Source: an uncultured Methanomicrobiaceae archaeon
Lineage (GTDB): Archaea; Halobacteriota; Methanomicrobia; Methanomicrobiales; Methanoculleaceae
DNA: 64,000 bases
Assembly (NCBI GenBank): GCA_963826525.1
Contig: CAWGXH010000004.1
Span: forward strand, 160,001 to 224,000
Direction: 5' to 3'
The translations under genes were made by a program, and so were the position numbers. The stretch's first letter is position 1, and each line of letters begins with the position of its first letter. The notes under the pieces were generated by a model, which saw only the letters and a program-made list of their open reading frames with translations, made no database searches and was not told the DNA's origin. Of this stretch, positions 34,991 to 46,041 are shown one piece after another.

Positions 34991-35415
34991 TGGCTGAAGA
35001 GAACTGGAAACCGAAGATCATCGCAATCATCTGCAACTGGTGCTCCTATGCAGGTGCCGACCTTGCCGGCGGCGCCCGTATTCAGTACCCGCCTGACGTC
35101 CGTGCCATCCGTGTAATGTGCACCGGACGTATTGACCCCCTCTTCATCCTGAAGGCATTCCAGGATGGAGCCGACGGTGTTCTCGTTTCCGGCTGCCACT
35201 TCGGTGACTGCCACTACCTCGAGGGCAACTACAAGTGCGCGAAGAGGATGTTCCTCTTAAAGAGCGTGCTCAAGAACATCGGCCTTGAAGACAACCGTCT
35301 CCGCATGACTTTCGTCTCGGCTTCCGAGGGTGCAAAGTGGGGAGCGGTCATGACAGACGTCATCAAGACGGTGAAGGATCTCGGCCCGAGCCCGATCAAA
35401 GAGTTTGCCAAGTAA
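34990..35415 (+). CDS. mvhD: [2Fe-2S] subunit MvhD
   Basis: CNWCSYAGAD, RVMCTGR, GCHFGDCHY. Confidence 0.95.
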   Translation: MAEENWKPKIIAIICNWCSYAGADLAGGARIQYPPDVRAIRVMCTGRIDPLFILKAFQDGADGVLVSGCHFGDCHYLEGNYKCAKRMFLLKSVLKNIGLEDNRLRMTFVSASEGAKWGAVMTDVIKTVKDLGPSPIKEFAK

Positions 35416-35460
35416 TTACCAAATATAACAACTCTGATATATTAAACAGGGGATGATAAA

Positions 35461-35862
35461 TTGGCAATCACAGTAAATCTGATCACGGGTCGGACGATCC
35501 AGCAGGGCGTCTCAATGGAGGGCGGGAAAGAAAAACCCGCCTACACCACCGCCTGCGGGATCATCGAGATTGACCCGTCCGACTTTGCGAAACTCGGTGC
35601 CTATCGCAACACGACCGTTCGCGTCACAAGCGCGTATGGCAGCGTTGCCGTCAAGGCAATCGAGGCAACGCAGGGACCTCACCCCGGAGTCGCGTATATA
35701 CCCATGGGCCCATGGGCGAACCAGGTGATCAACCCGAACACCTACTCAACCGGAATGCCCACGTTCAAGGGTACACCCATCGAGATCACCGAGGCAAAGA
35801 ACGAGACTGTTCTGGACTCACTCGAACTCGTGCGGAAAGCATGCCGGGGTGAAACCGTATGA
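35461..35862 (+). CDS. fwdD: Formylmethanofuran dehydrogenase subunit D (TTG start)
   Basis: LITGRTIQQG, IPMGPWAN, TGMPTFKG. Confidence 0.92.
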   Translation: MAITVNLITGRTIQQGVSMEGGKEKPAYTTACGIIEIDPSDFAKLGAYRNTTVRVTSAYGSVAVKAIEATQGPHPGVAYIPMGPWANQVINPNTYSTGMPTFKGTPIEITEAKNETVLDSLELVRKACRGETV

Positions 35863-37172
35863 CAAAGACAATACCTGATGTAGTCTGCCCATTCTGCGGT
35901 ACGCTCTGCGACGACCTTGAGGTCGTCGTCAGCGATGACGGCAAGCAGCTCCTCGAGGTCTACAACGCCTGCGCCATCGGCGCCGAGAAGTTCCTCCACT
36001 CCCAGGCAGAAGACCGCCTTACCCGGCCGCGACTGGCACAGGAAGACGGCAGCTGGAAGGATGTCAGCTACGAGGAGGCTATCGAGTACACCGCACAGAT
36101 GCTCGCAAACTCCACAAAGCCGCTCATGTACGGCTGGAGTTCCACGAACTGCGAGGCACAGGGCGTCGGTTCCGAGATCGGTGAGCTCACCGGAGCGGTC
36201 ATGGATAACACCGCGACCGTCTGCCACGGAACCAGTCTAATCGCCGTACAGGATATCGGGATTCCCTCCTGCACACTCGGTGAGGTCAAGAACCGTGCCG
36301 ACCGTGTCGTCTTCTGGGGATGCAACCCCGCTCACGCCCACCCGCGGCACATGTCCCGCTACTCGATCTTCCCCCGTGGATTCTTCACCGGGAAAGGTCA
36401 CAAGGGCCGGAAAGTAATCGTCATCGACCCGCGGAAGACCGACACGGCGAACGTCGCCGATGTCCACCTGCAGATCGAGCAGGGACGCGACTACGAACTG
36501 CTTGATGCACTTCGTGTCGCCTTCAAGGGTCTGCCGCTGCCCGATGTCGTGGCAGGTATCCCGAAGAACCAGATCTACGAGGCTGCCGAGGTTCTCAAGA
36601 GCGGCCGTTTTGTGATCATCTTCTTCGGTATGGGTGTCACCCAGTCGCTCGGGAAGAACCACAACATCGACGAAGCCATTGCAGTTACTCGTGACCTGAA
36701 CGAATACACAAAAGCTGCCATCATGCCGATGCGTGGTCACTACAACGTGACGGGCTCCGGGCAGGTCTGGGGCTGGCAGTTCGGCTTCCCCTTCGCGGTC
36801 GATCTCTCCCGCGGGTTTGCACGCTACAACCCCGGCGAGACGACGTCGAACGACCTTCTCCGCAGAGACGAAGTCGACTCCGTCTTCGTCCTCGGCAGTG
36901 ACCCCGGTGCACACTTCCCGTTCAGCTCGGTCAAGAAGATCTCACAGTTGCCGTCCGTCTGCATCGACCCGCACCAGACACCTACCTCGGCAGTCTGCAA
37001 GCTGCACGTCCCGGTCGCATTCGTCGGCGTCGAAGTCGGCGGCTGTGCGTACCGTATGGACAACGTTCCGATCGAGACCAGGAAGGTCGTCGACGCCCCC
37101 GAAGGCATGATGACCGACGAGGAGTTCCTCGAGAAGGTTCTCGGACGGATCAAAGAGATCAAGGGGGAGTGA
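35859..37172 (+). CDS. fwdB: Formylmethanofuran dehydrogenase subunit B (Mo/W-pterin, Cys ligand)
   Basis: CPFCGTLCDD, ATVCHG, HAHPRH, MRGHYNV. Confidence 0.95.
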   Translation: MTKTIPDVVCPFCGTLCDDLEVVVSDDGKQLLEVYNACAIGAEKFLHSQAEDRLTRPRLAQEDGSWKDVSYEEAIEYTAQMLANSTKPLMYGWSSTNCEAQGVGSEIGELTGAVMDNTATVCHGTSLIAVQDIGIPSCTLGEVKNRADRVVFWGCNPAHAHPRHMSRYSIFPRGFFTGKGHKGRKVIVIDPRKTDTANVADVHLQIEQGRDYELLDALRVAFKGLPLPDVVAGIPKNQIYEAAEVLKSGRFVIIFFGMGVTQSLGKNHNIDEAIAVTRDLNEYTKAAIMPMRGHYNVTGSGQVWGWQFGFPFAVDLSRGFARYNPGETTSNDLLRRDEVDSVFVLGSDPGAHFPFSSVKKISQLPSVCIDPHQTPTSAVCKLHVPVAFVGVEVGGCAYRMDNVPIETRKVVDAPEGMMTDEEFLEKVLGRIKEIKGE

Positions 37173-37175
37173 ACG

Positions 37176-38882
37176 ATGGCAGAGTATATCATCAAGAACG
37201 GATTCGTCTTCGATCCGGTCCTCGGCATCAAGGGTGACAAGGCGGACGTTGCCATCAAGAACGGCAAGTTCGTCGAGACGACGGAGTCTTCGAACCCGAA
37301 GACGATCGACGCAACCGGCATGACCGTCATGGCCGGCGGCGTCGATATCCACGCCCACGTAGCCGGCCCGAAGGTGAACATCGGCAGAAACTACCGGCCC
37401 GAAGACAAGCTCTTCAACTGCACCCCAGGGCGGGGTGTCGAGCGGATGCAGGGCGGGTTCTCGGTTCCGACCGTATTCCGGACGGGGTACGACTACGCCC
37501 ACATGGGCTACACCACCGTCATGGAAGCGGCAATGCCGCCGCTCTACGCACGCCACACCCACGAGGAGATCCGGGATACCCCGATCATCGATCAGGGTGC
37601 CTTCCCGGTCTTCGGAAACAACTGGTTCGTGCTCGAGTACCTGAAGAACCACGAGATCGAGAACACGGCATCGTACATCGCCTGGCTGCTTCGGGCAACC
37701 AAGGGGTACGCCGTCAAGGTCGTCAACCCCGGCGGCACGGAGGCATGGGGATGGGGTCTGAACTGCGATAACATTCACGACCCGGTGCCGTTCTTCGACA
37801 TCACCCCGGCGCAGATCGTGAAAGGCCTGATCGAGGCGAACGAGTACCTCGGCCTGCCGCACTCGATGCACGTCCACGCCAACAACCTTGGCAACCCCGG
37901 CAACTACCAGACCACGCTGGATACCTTCAAACTCTCCGAGGGCATCCGCCCGAACAGCAAGTTCGGCCGTGACCAGGTGATGCACCACACGCACGTTCAG
38001 TTCCATTCCTACGGCGGCGAAGGATTCAACTTCGAGTCCAAGGCTCCCGAGATCATGAACTACGTGAACAGCCACGACAACATCACCATCGATATCGGCC
38101 AGGTTACTCTGGACGAGACGACCACGATGACCGCCGACGGGCCTTTCGAGCACCACCTCACCGAGCTCAACCACTTGAAGTGGGCGAACTCCGATGTGGA
38201 GCTCGAGACCGCGGCCGGTGTCGTGCCCTTCGTCTACAGCCCAAACAACAAGGCGAACGCTGTCCAGTGGGCAATCGGCCTTGAACTCGGACTCCTCGCC
38301 AAGGATCTGATGCGGGTCTTCCTCACCACCGACCATCCGAACGCCGGTCCGTTCATCCGGTACCCGCGTGTCATGAAGTGGCTGATGAGCCAGAAGTCAC
38401 GTGAGGAGCAACTCGACGCCTTCAAGCACCGCGACAAGGTCATCGACGTGACCAATATCGCAGGTATCGACCGCGAACTCTCGCTCTACGAGATCGCCCA
38501 GATGACCCGTGCAGGAACCGCAAAGGCACTCGGCCTCTCCCACATGTACGGCAGCGTCAAGCCCGGACTTGAGGCCGACGTCGCCGTCTACAACTTCAAC
38601 CCCGAGGTAGAGAACGCACCGAACGAGATCGAGAAGGCCTTCGGCAACGCGAAGTACCTCTTCAAGGCGGGTGTCCAGATCATCGACGAGCACCAGATCG
38701 TCAGCAACGGCAACAAGCGTACCCTCTGGGTGAACGCCAAGGTCAATGAGAACCCGCAGGTGATGCGCGACGTGAAGGAGAAGTTCCTCCGCTACTACAC
38801 CGTCACGCAGGGCAACTACGAGGTCGCCGGCCACCACTACGTGCCGAACCCCTACGTCATCGAGGTCGATGCAACACAGTGA
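37176..38882 (+). CDS. fwdA: Formylmethanofuran dehydrogenase subunit A (amidohydrolase)
   Basis: GGVDIHAH, KVVNPGG, HVHANNLG, TTDHPNAGPF. Confidence 0.96.
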   Translation: MAEYIIKNGFVFDPVLGIKGDKADVAIKNGKFVETTESSNPKTIDATGMTVMAGGVDIHAHVAGPKVNIGRNYRPEDKLFNCTPGRGVERMQGGFSVPTVFRTGYDYAHMGYTTVMEAAMPPLYARHTHEEIRDTPIIDQGAFPVFGNNWFVLEYLKNHEIENTASYIAWLLRATKGYAVKVVNPGGTEAWGWGLNCDNIHDPVPFFDITPAQIVKGLIEANEYLGLPHSMHVHANNLGNPGNYQTTLDTFKLSEGIRPNSKFGRDQVMHHTHVQFHSYGGEGFNFESKAPEIMNYVNSHDNITIDIGQVTLDETTTMTADGPFEHHLTELNHLKWANSDVELETAAGVVPFVYSPNNKANAVQWAIGLELGLLAKDLMRVFLTTDHPNAGPFIRYPRVMKWLMSQKSREEQLDAFKHRDKVIDVTNIAGIDRELSLYEIAQMTRAGTAKALGLSHMYGSVKPGLEADVAVYNFNPEVENAPNEIEKAFGNAKYLFKAGVQIIDEHQIVSNGNKRTLWVNAKVNENPQVMRDVKEKFLRYYTVTQGNYEVAGHHYVPNPYVIEVDATQ

Positions 38883-38895
38883 GAGGTGAATCAGA

Positions 38896-39696
38896 ATGGA
38901 GACAGTAACACTCACCATGAAGAACCAGCCCTCACTCTGCCTCGAGGCTGACAACATCACGCCCGATTCCTTTGCCGGAAAGAAGGCAGCGGAGATCGCA
39001 GGCCTGAGCGCATACATAGGGAACACCAAGGTCACCCTCGGCGACTTCTTCGAGGTCGCCGGTAAGGGTGGAGCGACCGCAGCCGAGACCAAGATCGTCG
39101 TCAACGGGGCTCTCTCCCGCGTGAAGTACATCGGCATGAAGATGACCGGCGGCGAGATCGTCGTCAACGGCAGCCCCGACATGTACGTCGGCGCCTGGAT
39201 GCAGGGCGGCAAGATCCACGTGAAAGGAAACGTGGACGCCTTTGCAGGAACCGGGATGAAGGCCGGCGAGATCGTCATCGACGGCAACGCCGGCAACTAC
39301 CTCGGTGCCGCATACCGCGGCGACTGGCGTGGCATGCAGGGCGGCAAGATCACCGTGAAGGGCAACGCAGGCAGCGACCTCGGCACCTTCATGAACGGCG
39401 GCGAGATCGTCGTCGGCGGTGACGTTGACGTTCATGTGGGCACCCACGCCGAGGGCGGCAAGATCGTCGTCAAGGGCAACGCGAAGAGCCGCCTCGGCGG
39501 CCAGATGGTCGAAGGCGAGATCTATGTCTTCGGCACCATCGATGTCATGATGCCCGGCTTCCTCTACCGCGAGGACGTCGACCTCGAGGTCGACGGCACC
39601 AAGGCCAAATTCGCCCTCTACGAAGGCGATGTCGGCGAGCGCCACCGCAAGCGGAAGGGCGCAGTCATCTACGGCAAGCTCTACCAGAAATACTAA
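38896..39696 (+). CDS. fwdC: Formylmethanofuran dehydrogenase subunit C
   Basis: LEADNITP and GxxMxGGxIxVxG beta-helix repeats. Confidence 0.96.
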   Translation: METVTLTMKNQPSLCLEADNITPDSFAGKKAAEIAGLSAYIGNTKVTLGDFFEVAGKGGATAAETKIVVNGALSRVKYIGMKMTGGEIVVNGSPDMYVGAWMQGGKIHVKGNVDAFAGTGMKAGEIVIDGNAGNYLGAAYRGDWRGMQGGKITVKGNAGSDLGTFMNGGEIVVGGDVDVHVGTHAEGGKIVVKGNAKSRLGGQMVEGEIYVFGTIDVMMPGFLYREDVDLEVDGTKAKFALYEGDVGERHRKRKGAVIYGKLYQKY

Positions 39697-39710
39697 CCCC
39701 TCTTTTTTCC
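39697..39710 (+). terminator. Oligo-T terminator after fwdC
   Basis: CCCCTCTTTTTTCC immediately after the stop codon. Confidence 0.5.
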
Positions 39711-40040
39711 CGCCTCTCCAGGAGGTTTATAAAAGGTATCCATTTAGAGTGTAACATAGTGTTACCTTTTTTTAGATATATCACACTGCACAAAGAGTAT
39801 AAAAAAAATAATATATTGAGCATTTCATCCGAGGATACCGGATATTTATTATCTTTGAGTTAGTATATAATTCCCCATAGATATAAACAGTAATGCTTAT
39901 ATGCGCAGAGATAGTTATTATCTTTTTGTCCCCATGAGGACGTGCAGTAGTGACTTACAGCCATCATCAGCGTGACTTTTAGTATTCAGCATTCAGTTCC
40001 AGATCGTATCCACAAATCGAGGGTTAAATGGAGGAAAAAT

Positions 40041-41345
40041 ATGGCAAAATATTCAGAAACAATTGACCTGTACGACGATGCAGGCAAGCTGCTGAAGAGT
40101 GGCGTAGCACTCGACAAGATCAGCCCGCTGATCAACCCGGCAACCAGAACGCTCATCGACCTTACCAAGAGGACTATCGCAGTCAACCTCGGCGGAATCG
40201 AGAATGGACTCAAGTCCGGTAAGATCGCCAAGGGCCACATCCTCGGCCGTGAGCTGAACCTTGACATCGCCGGCAACAAGGACGCTATCGTTGCCAAGAT
40301 CAAGGAAATGGTGCAGGTCGAAGAAGGCGACGACACGATCATCCACGAGTTCGGCGGCGGCAAGCTGCTCCTCGTCGAGGTGCCGAGCAGGCGTGTCGAG
40401 GCTGCATCCACTTACGATGCCGCAGTCACCTCGGTCGCAGCCGCGACCACCTACGCACTCGTCGACCAGTTCAACATCAGCATGTTCGACGCATCGACGG
40501 TCAAGGCGGCAATCTGGGGCAGCTACCCGCACACCATGGACATGGTCGGCGCTAACGTCAGCTCCGTCCTGTCGAACCCCCAGAACAACGAAGGTCTCGG
40601 GTACGCACTCCGTAACATTCCCGTCAACCACGTTGTCATGATGACCAACCGGAATGCAATGCAGGGTGCGGCACTCTCGTCCACGCTCGAGCAGGCAGGA
40701 ATGTTCGAGATGGGCAATGCAATCGGCCCGTTCGAGCGCGCCCAGCTGCTCTCCTACGCATACCAGGGCTTAAACGCCAACAACCTGGTCTACGACCTCG
40801 TTAAGGAAAATGGCCAGACCGGAACCATCGGCAGCGTCGTCCAGAGCATGGTCGAGCGCGCCCTTGAAGACAAGGTCATCGCACCCGGCAAGAAGGGCGG
40901 CTACTTCCAGTTCTACGACACCAAGGACCCGATGCTCTGGAACGCCTACGCAGCTGCAGGAACCATGGCAGCAACCATGGTGAACTGTGGTGCCGGCCGG
41001 TTCGCCCAGGCCGTCTCCTCGACGCTGCTGTACTTCAACGACCTGCTTGAGCACGAGACCGGCCTGCCCGGCTGTGACTACGGCCGTGTCATGGGTACTG
41101 CCGTCGGATTCTCGTTCTTCAGCCACTCCATCTACGGTGGCGGTGGCCCCGGTATCTTCAACGGAAACCACGTCGTCACCCGGCACGCAGCAGGTGTCGC
41201 AATTCCGTGTGTGGTCGCTGCAGCAGCGCTTGACGCAGGAACACAGATGTTCTCGGCAGAGAGCACCTCCAAGATCTACGCCGACACCTACGGTAAGATC
41301 GATGTGTTCAACAAGCCCATCCAGCAGATCGCAAACGGTGTATAA
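40041..41345 (+). CDS. mcrB: Methyl-coenzyme M reductase beta subunit
   Basis: EGLGYALRNI, GFSFFSHSIYGGGGPGIFNGNHVVTRH, LDAGTQMFS. Confidence 0.98.
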   Translation: MAKYSETIDLYDDAGKLLKSGVALDKISPLINPATRTLIDLTKRTIAVNLGGIENGLKSGKIAKGHILGRELNLDIAGNKDAIVAKIKEMVQVEEGDDTIIHEFGGGKLLLVEVPSRRVEAASTYDAAVTSVAAATTYALVDQFNISMFDASTVKAAIWGSYPHTMDMVGANVSSVLSNPQNNEGLGYALRNIPVNHVVMMTNRNAMQGAALSSTLEQAGMFEMGNAIGPFERAQLLSYAYQGLNANNLVYDLVKENGQTGTIGSVVQSMVERALEDKVIAPGKKGGYFQFYDTKDPMLWNAYAAAGTMAATMVNCGAGRFAQAVSSTLLYFNDLLEHETGLPGCDYGRVMGTAVGFSFFSHSIYGGGGPGIFNGNHVVTRHAAGVAIPCVVAAAALDAGTQMFSAESTSKIYADTYGKIDVFNKPIQQIANGV

Positions 41346-41360
41346 ATACCATAGATTAGA

Positions 41361-41834
41361 ATGACTGACGCCATATACCCTCAGTGCAGAATTGTCTCTG
41401 CACGGTTCCTCAAGCCCAATACTGCGGAACGGCTCCTGAACCGGATCGTAGAGGTCGGTGGGATCCGGAGGATGTCCATCAACGGACCATCCATCCCCGC
41501 CACCGTCCCCTACGGCCCCGCACGGGGGAAACCAAACCCCCACCCGGACAGGAAAGCGATCCATGTCGGCGATCAGGAGATCCAGCTCAGAGTGCAGGTA
41601 GGCACCATTGTCCTGGAACTCTGTGACGAGAGTCTCATTCCGGCAATGAGAGAGGCATGCGACGAGATATTCGCAGACCTCGGGTTTTCGTATACACTCC
41701 AGCAGGGGCGGTTCATGAAGACGCAGCCGAGCCTCTCTGACTATGTCAAATACGGTCCCGACGCCGAAGATCAGATACTTGGGCTTGTCGATCCGAAACG
41801 GAAAGACGGATTCACCATCGTTCAGGGAAGATAA
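41361..41834 (+). CDS. mcrD: MCR operon protein D
   Basis: VPYGPARG, G.F.KT.PSLSDY.KYG; position between mcrB and mcrC. Confidence 0.93.
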   Translation: MTDAIYPQCRIVSARFLKPNTAERLLNRIVEVGGIRRMSINGPSIPATVPYGPARGKPNPHPDRKAIHVGDQEIQLRVQVGTIVLELCDESLIPAMREACDEIFADLGFSYTLQQGRFMKTQPSLSDYVKYGPDAEDQILGLVDPKRKDGFTIVQGR

Positions 41835-42457
41835 TGCCAATCGGAAGAGTAACCCAGGTCGTCGACTGCCGCGAGAGCATGGGAATGGGAAAAGGAGGCG
41901 GTCTCGCCCAGCGGGGCACCATCTCAGAATCCCGGAGTCCCGATGTGATCGTCATCGGCATGTCACCCGGGCGCCGGCACGTAACAAAACCGGTCTGCGA
42001 TATCACCTCCGGCCTCCGCCGCGAGGGAGCAGAGTTCTCGGTCACCACACTGGTACTGAATGCGGGAAGTGGTGTTCCCGCCGATTCGCCGGTTGCGGGC
42101 CACGTGCTCGGAGCGTACTTCGGGCTTACTCCGAAAGAGATCGCACAGATCGAGCAGCATAAGGTTGCGATCCTGCATCATGGGAACGTACGCTCTCACG
42201 TGGTGCAAAAGGTTCGCTTCATCCTCGAACATGCAGATATAAAGGCAATCGTCGTCTCCCAGGCACCCATCGATTACGAGGACCTGGCACGCGAAGGCGT
42301 CAAGACCGCGTACGTCATGCCACCACCCGATAAGATCAAAACGAAGGGAACGGTGATGGAGATCATCAGTGGTGTGACACGGGGGCAGACCCCGTCACGT
42401 GAAAGACTGGCAGAGGTCATTCGTGCCGTTATGAAGGTTATTAAAAGTTCAACATGA
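41834..42457 (+). CDS. mcrC: MCR operon protein C
   Basis: VVDCRESMGMGKGGGLAQRGT, MSPGRRHVTKPVCDIT. Confidence 0.95.
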   Translation: MPIGRVTQVVDCRESMGMGKGGGLAQRGTISESRSPDVIVIGMSPGRRHVTKPVCDITSGLRREGAEFSVTTLVLNAGSGVPADSPVAGHVLGAYFGLTPKEIAQIEQHKVAILHHGNVRSHVVQKVRFILEHADIKAIVVSQAPIDYEDLAREGVKTAYVMPPPDKIKTKGTVMEIISGVTRGQTPSRERLAEVIRAVMKVIKSST

Positions 42458-42470
42458 GGTGAAAAGCAAC

Positions 42471-43232
42471 ATGGCATACAAACCCCAATATGGACCGGGT
42501 ACCACGCAGGTCGCCGAGAACAGGCGCAAGCAGATGAACCCGCAGTACAAGCTTGAAAAGATGCGCGACATTACCGATGAGGACGTCGTGATGATCCTCG
42601 GGCACCGTGCCCCGGGATCAGCATACCCAACCGCTCACCCGCCGCTCGCCGAGCAGCAGGAGCCCGACTGCCCCATCCGTAAGATTGTGGCCGCTACCGA
42701 GGGTGCAAAGGCAGGAGACCGTGTCCGTTACATCCAGTTCGCTGACTCGATGTTCAACGCCCCGTCCCAGCCCTACCAGAGAACCTACACCTACTGCTAC
42801 CGGTTCCGCGGTATCGACCCCGGTACACTCTCCGGACGTCAGATCGTCGAGTGCCGTGAGCGTGACCTCGAGAAATACTCGAAGGAACTCCTCAACACCG
42901 AACTCTTCGACCCCGCACGCTGCAGCGTCCGTGGTGCAACTGTGCACGGACACTCCCTCCGTCTCGCAGAGGACGGCATGATGTTCGATATGCTCCAGCG
43001 CTGTGTTCTCGGCGAAGACGGCATCGTCCGCTACATCAAGGACCAGATCGGCGAGCCGCTCGACCGTGCCGTTGAGGTTGGAAAGCCCCTCGACGAGAAC
43101 TGGCTCAAAGCACACACGACGATCTACCACTCGCTCGTAGGCACTCCCTACCGCGACGACAAAGAGTACGTCGAATATGTCCAGCGTATCCACTCGCTGA
43201 GGACCAAATACGGGTTCATGCCCAAGGAGTGA
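42471..43232 (+). CDS. mcrG: Methyl-coenzyme M reductase gamma subunit
   Basis: GHRAPG, GDRVRYIQF, GTLSGRQ, GATVHGHSLRL. Confidence 0.98.
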   Translation: MAYKPQYGPGTTQVAENRRKQMNPQYKLEKMRDITDEDVVMILGHRAPGSAYPTAHPPLAEQQEPDCPIRKIVAATEGAKAGDRVRYIQFADSMFNAPSQPYQRTYTYCYRFRGIDPGTLSGRQIVECRERDLEKYSKELLNTELFDPARCSVRGATVHGHSLRLAEDGMMFDMLQRCVLGEDGIVRYIKDQIGEPLDRAVEVGKPLDENWLKAHTTIYHSLVGTPYRDDKEYVEYVQRIHSLRTKYGFMPKE

Positions 43233-43237
43233 TATAA

Positions 43238-44944
43238 ATGGCAAAGATTGAGAGATCCCAGAAGATGTTCCTGAAGGCACTCAAGGAGAAGTTCCAGGGC
43301 CAGGACGTCGAATCCGAGACCGCAGAGTACTACAAGTTCGGCGGCCTGAAGCAGTCTCCCCGTAAGATGGAGTTCATGAAGGCAAGCCGCGCCATCGAGA
43401 TGGACCGTGGCATCTCCATGTACGAGCCCGAGCGCTGCCACCTTGGCGGTATCCCCATGGGTCAGCGCCAGCTGATGACCTACGAGGTATCCGGCACCGG
43501 TGTCTTCGTCGAGGGTGACGACCTGCACTTCGTCAACAACGCCGCTATGCAGCAGATGTGGGACGACATCCGCCGGACGGTTATCGTCGGCATGGACATG
43601 GCCCACCAGACCCTGCAGAAGCGTCTCGGCAAGGAAGTTACCCCTGAGACGATCAACGAGTACCTGCACATCCTGAACCACGCGATGCCCGGTGCGGCAG
43701 TCGTCCAGGAACACATGGTCGAGACCCACCCCGGCCTCGTCGACGACTGTTACGTCAAGGTCTTCACCGGCGACGACGAGATGGCCGACGACATCGAGCC
43801 CCAGTTCCTGCTCAACATCGAGAAACTCTTCCCTGCAAAGCAGGCAGAGGCACTCAAGGCAGCAGTCGGCAAGTCGATGTACCAGGCAATCCACATCCCG
43901 ACCTCGGTCTCCCGCACCTGCGACGGTGGAACGACCTCCCGTTGGTCCGCCATGCAGATCGGTATGTCCTTCATCGCCGCGTACCGCATGTGCGCCGGTG
44001 AGGCAGCCGTCGCCGACCTGTCGTACGCTGCAAAGCACGCCGGCGTCATCCAGATGGGATCCCACCTGCCCGCCCGCCGTGCCCGTGGCCCGAACGAGCC
44101 CGGTGGTATCATGTTCGGTATCTTCTCCGATATCGTCCAGGCCAACCGCAAGTACCCGAACGACCCCGCAAAGGCATCCCTCGAGGTTGTCGGCGCCGGA
44201 ACCATGCTCTTCGACCAGATCTGGCTCGGCTCCTACATGTCCGGTGGTGTCGGATTCACCCAGTATGCAACCGCCGCATACACCGACAACATCCTCGACG
44301 AGTTCACCTACTACGGTATGGACTACATCAAGGACAAGTACAACGTCGACTGGAAGAACCCGAGCCCGAGCGACAAGGTCAAGCCGACTCAGGAAGTCGT
44401 CAACGACATCGCAACCGAGGTCAACCTCAACGGTATGGAGCAGTACGAGCAGTTCCCGACCATGATGGAGGACCACTTCGGCGGTTCCCAGCGTGCCGGT
44501 GTGCTCGCAGCAGCATCCGGTCTCTCCGCCGCTATCGCAACCGGAAACTCCAACGCCGGTCTGAACGGCTGGTACCTCTCCATGCTCCTGCACAAGGACG
44601 GATGGTCGCGTCTCGGCTTCTTCGGCTACGATCTGCAGGACCAGTGCGGTTCCGCAAACTCGCTCTCCATGAGACCCGACGAGGGTGCAATGGGAGAAGT
44701 CCGTGGCCCGAACTACCCGAACTACGCAATGAACGTCGGACACCAGGGCGAATACGCCGCTATCACCGGAAGTGCCCACTACACCCGCGGCGACGCATGG
44801 TGTTTCAGCCCCCTCGTGAAGATCTGCTTCGCGGACCCGTCCCTGAAGTTCGACTTCGCAGAGCCCCGCCGCGAGTTCGCCAAGGGTGCAATCCGCGAGT
44901 TCATGCCCGCCGGCGAGCGCTCGCTCATCATCCCGGCCCGGTAA
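43238..44944 (+). CDS. mcrA: Methyl-coenzyme M reductase alpha subunit
   Basis: [56 protein letters not shown]. Confidence 0.99.
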   Translation: MAKIERSQKMFLKALKEKFQGQDVESETAEYYKFGGLKQSPRKMEFMKASRAIEMDRGISMYEPERCHLGGIPMGQRQLMTYEVSGTGVFVEGDDLHFVNNAAMQQMWDDIRRTVIVGMDMAHQTLQKRLGKEVTPETINEYLHILNHAMPGAAVVQEHMVETHPGLVDDCYVKVFTGDDEMADDIEPQFLLNIEKLFPAKQAEALKAAVGKSMYQAIHIPTSVSRTCDGGTTSRWSAMQIGMSFIAAYRMCAGEAAVADLSYAAKHAGVIQMGSHLPARRARGPNEPGGIMFGIFSDIVQANRKYPNDPAKASLEVVGAGTMLFDQIWLGSYMSGGVGFTQYATAAYTDNILDEFTYYGMDYIKDKYNVDWKNPSPSDKVKPTQEVVNDIATEVNLNGMEQYEQFPTMMEDHFGGSQRAGVLAAASGLSAAIATGNSNAGLNGWYLSMLLHKDGWSRLGFFGYDLQDQCGSANSLSMRPDEGAMGEVRGPNYPNYAMNVGHQGEYAAITGSAHYTRGDAWCFSPLVKICFADPSLKFDFAEPRREFAKGAIREFMPAGERSLIIPAR

Positions 44945-44954
44945 TACCAACTCA

Positions 44955-44968
44955 ATTTTTTTTTCTTT
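44955..44968 (+). terminator. Oligo-T terminator after mcrA
   Basis: T9-C-TTT tract about 10 nt after the stop codon. Confidence 0.6.
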
Positions 44969-45140
44969 AGCGTAACCCCACATTACCAAAACGAAGTTTC
45001 CGGGCGAATTTTTTAATTCTGCTGGTATATTGACGAAACTTTTCGAAACCTTTAATTAAGTCATAAACAACTGTTAGATGAACCACAAAGGTTTTGTATT
45101 GAACTCTGGTGCGACAGAAAGCACGCAGGGAGGATGCTAA

Positions 45141-46041
45141 ATGGAACAGATATTGTTTGGCATCGGAATTACCGCAATGGCAGGTGCTCTTGCAACCGTT
45201 GCCGGCGCTGCGGAAGACACTGAATCCGATATCGGTTCACAGGGTGACCCGAACTCGCAGGTTCAGCTTGCTCCGCAGATGGGATACATTCACCGCATAT
45301 TCAACAAGGCTATTGCCGGTGAACCCCCCGCCTACGGTCTCTGGGTTGCATTGGGTGCTGGTATTGCTTGGGCATTCATGGCGATGCAGATAAACGCGAT
45401 TCTTGCAATCGTAATAGGAAGCGCTCTCGCAGTGTTCGTACAGGGTGTGTACGCAACTACTGCCTATCTCGGGCGTACCGCAAGTCTCGCGAAGTTTGGA
45501 CAGCCGGTGTACATCGACATCATCAAGTCGGTTACCACCGTGACCATGGCGCACGCTTTCGTCGCTATATTTACCACCGTGGCAATGTGCCACCTGATGA
45601 ACGCCGCACTCGGGCACCCCTTCCCGCTGCCGCTGCTCGGCCTCGTCTGGGGTATTGCGCTCGGTGCAGCCGGGTCTGCAACCGGTAACCCGTTCTACGG
45701 AAAGGAGCGGCAGTACCAGGAGCAGAAGTTCGGTGCAGGCGTTCCGATCTCCGCATCCGGCAACATCGTCCGCTACGCGGAAGCCGGTCAGCGCAGCTCG
45801 ATCGACAACGGCTGGTTCAGCGCCAAGCCTCGGCGGCCCGGCATCGGGTGTCTGCTTCGGCCTGATCGTATTCCTCGAACTCTGGCGTACTATCGTCTTT
45901 GAGGAAGTCAACGTCTGGGCACCGATCATCGTCGGTGTCGTCCTGGTTCTCGTCTTCATGGTCATCGACCGTTACATCGAGGTCTGGGCAAGAAAGAACT
46001 TCGGCCCCTACACGACCGAAACTGAGGAGGCATCAGCATGA
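45141..46041 (+). CDS. mtrE: Methyltransferase complex subunit MtrE (+1 frameshift at ~45828)
   Basis: AEDTESDIGSQGDPNSQVQLAPQMG, NKAIAGEP, HPFPLP. Confidence 0.95.
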
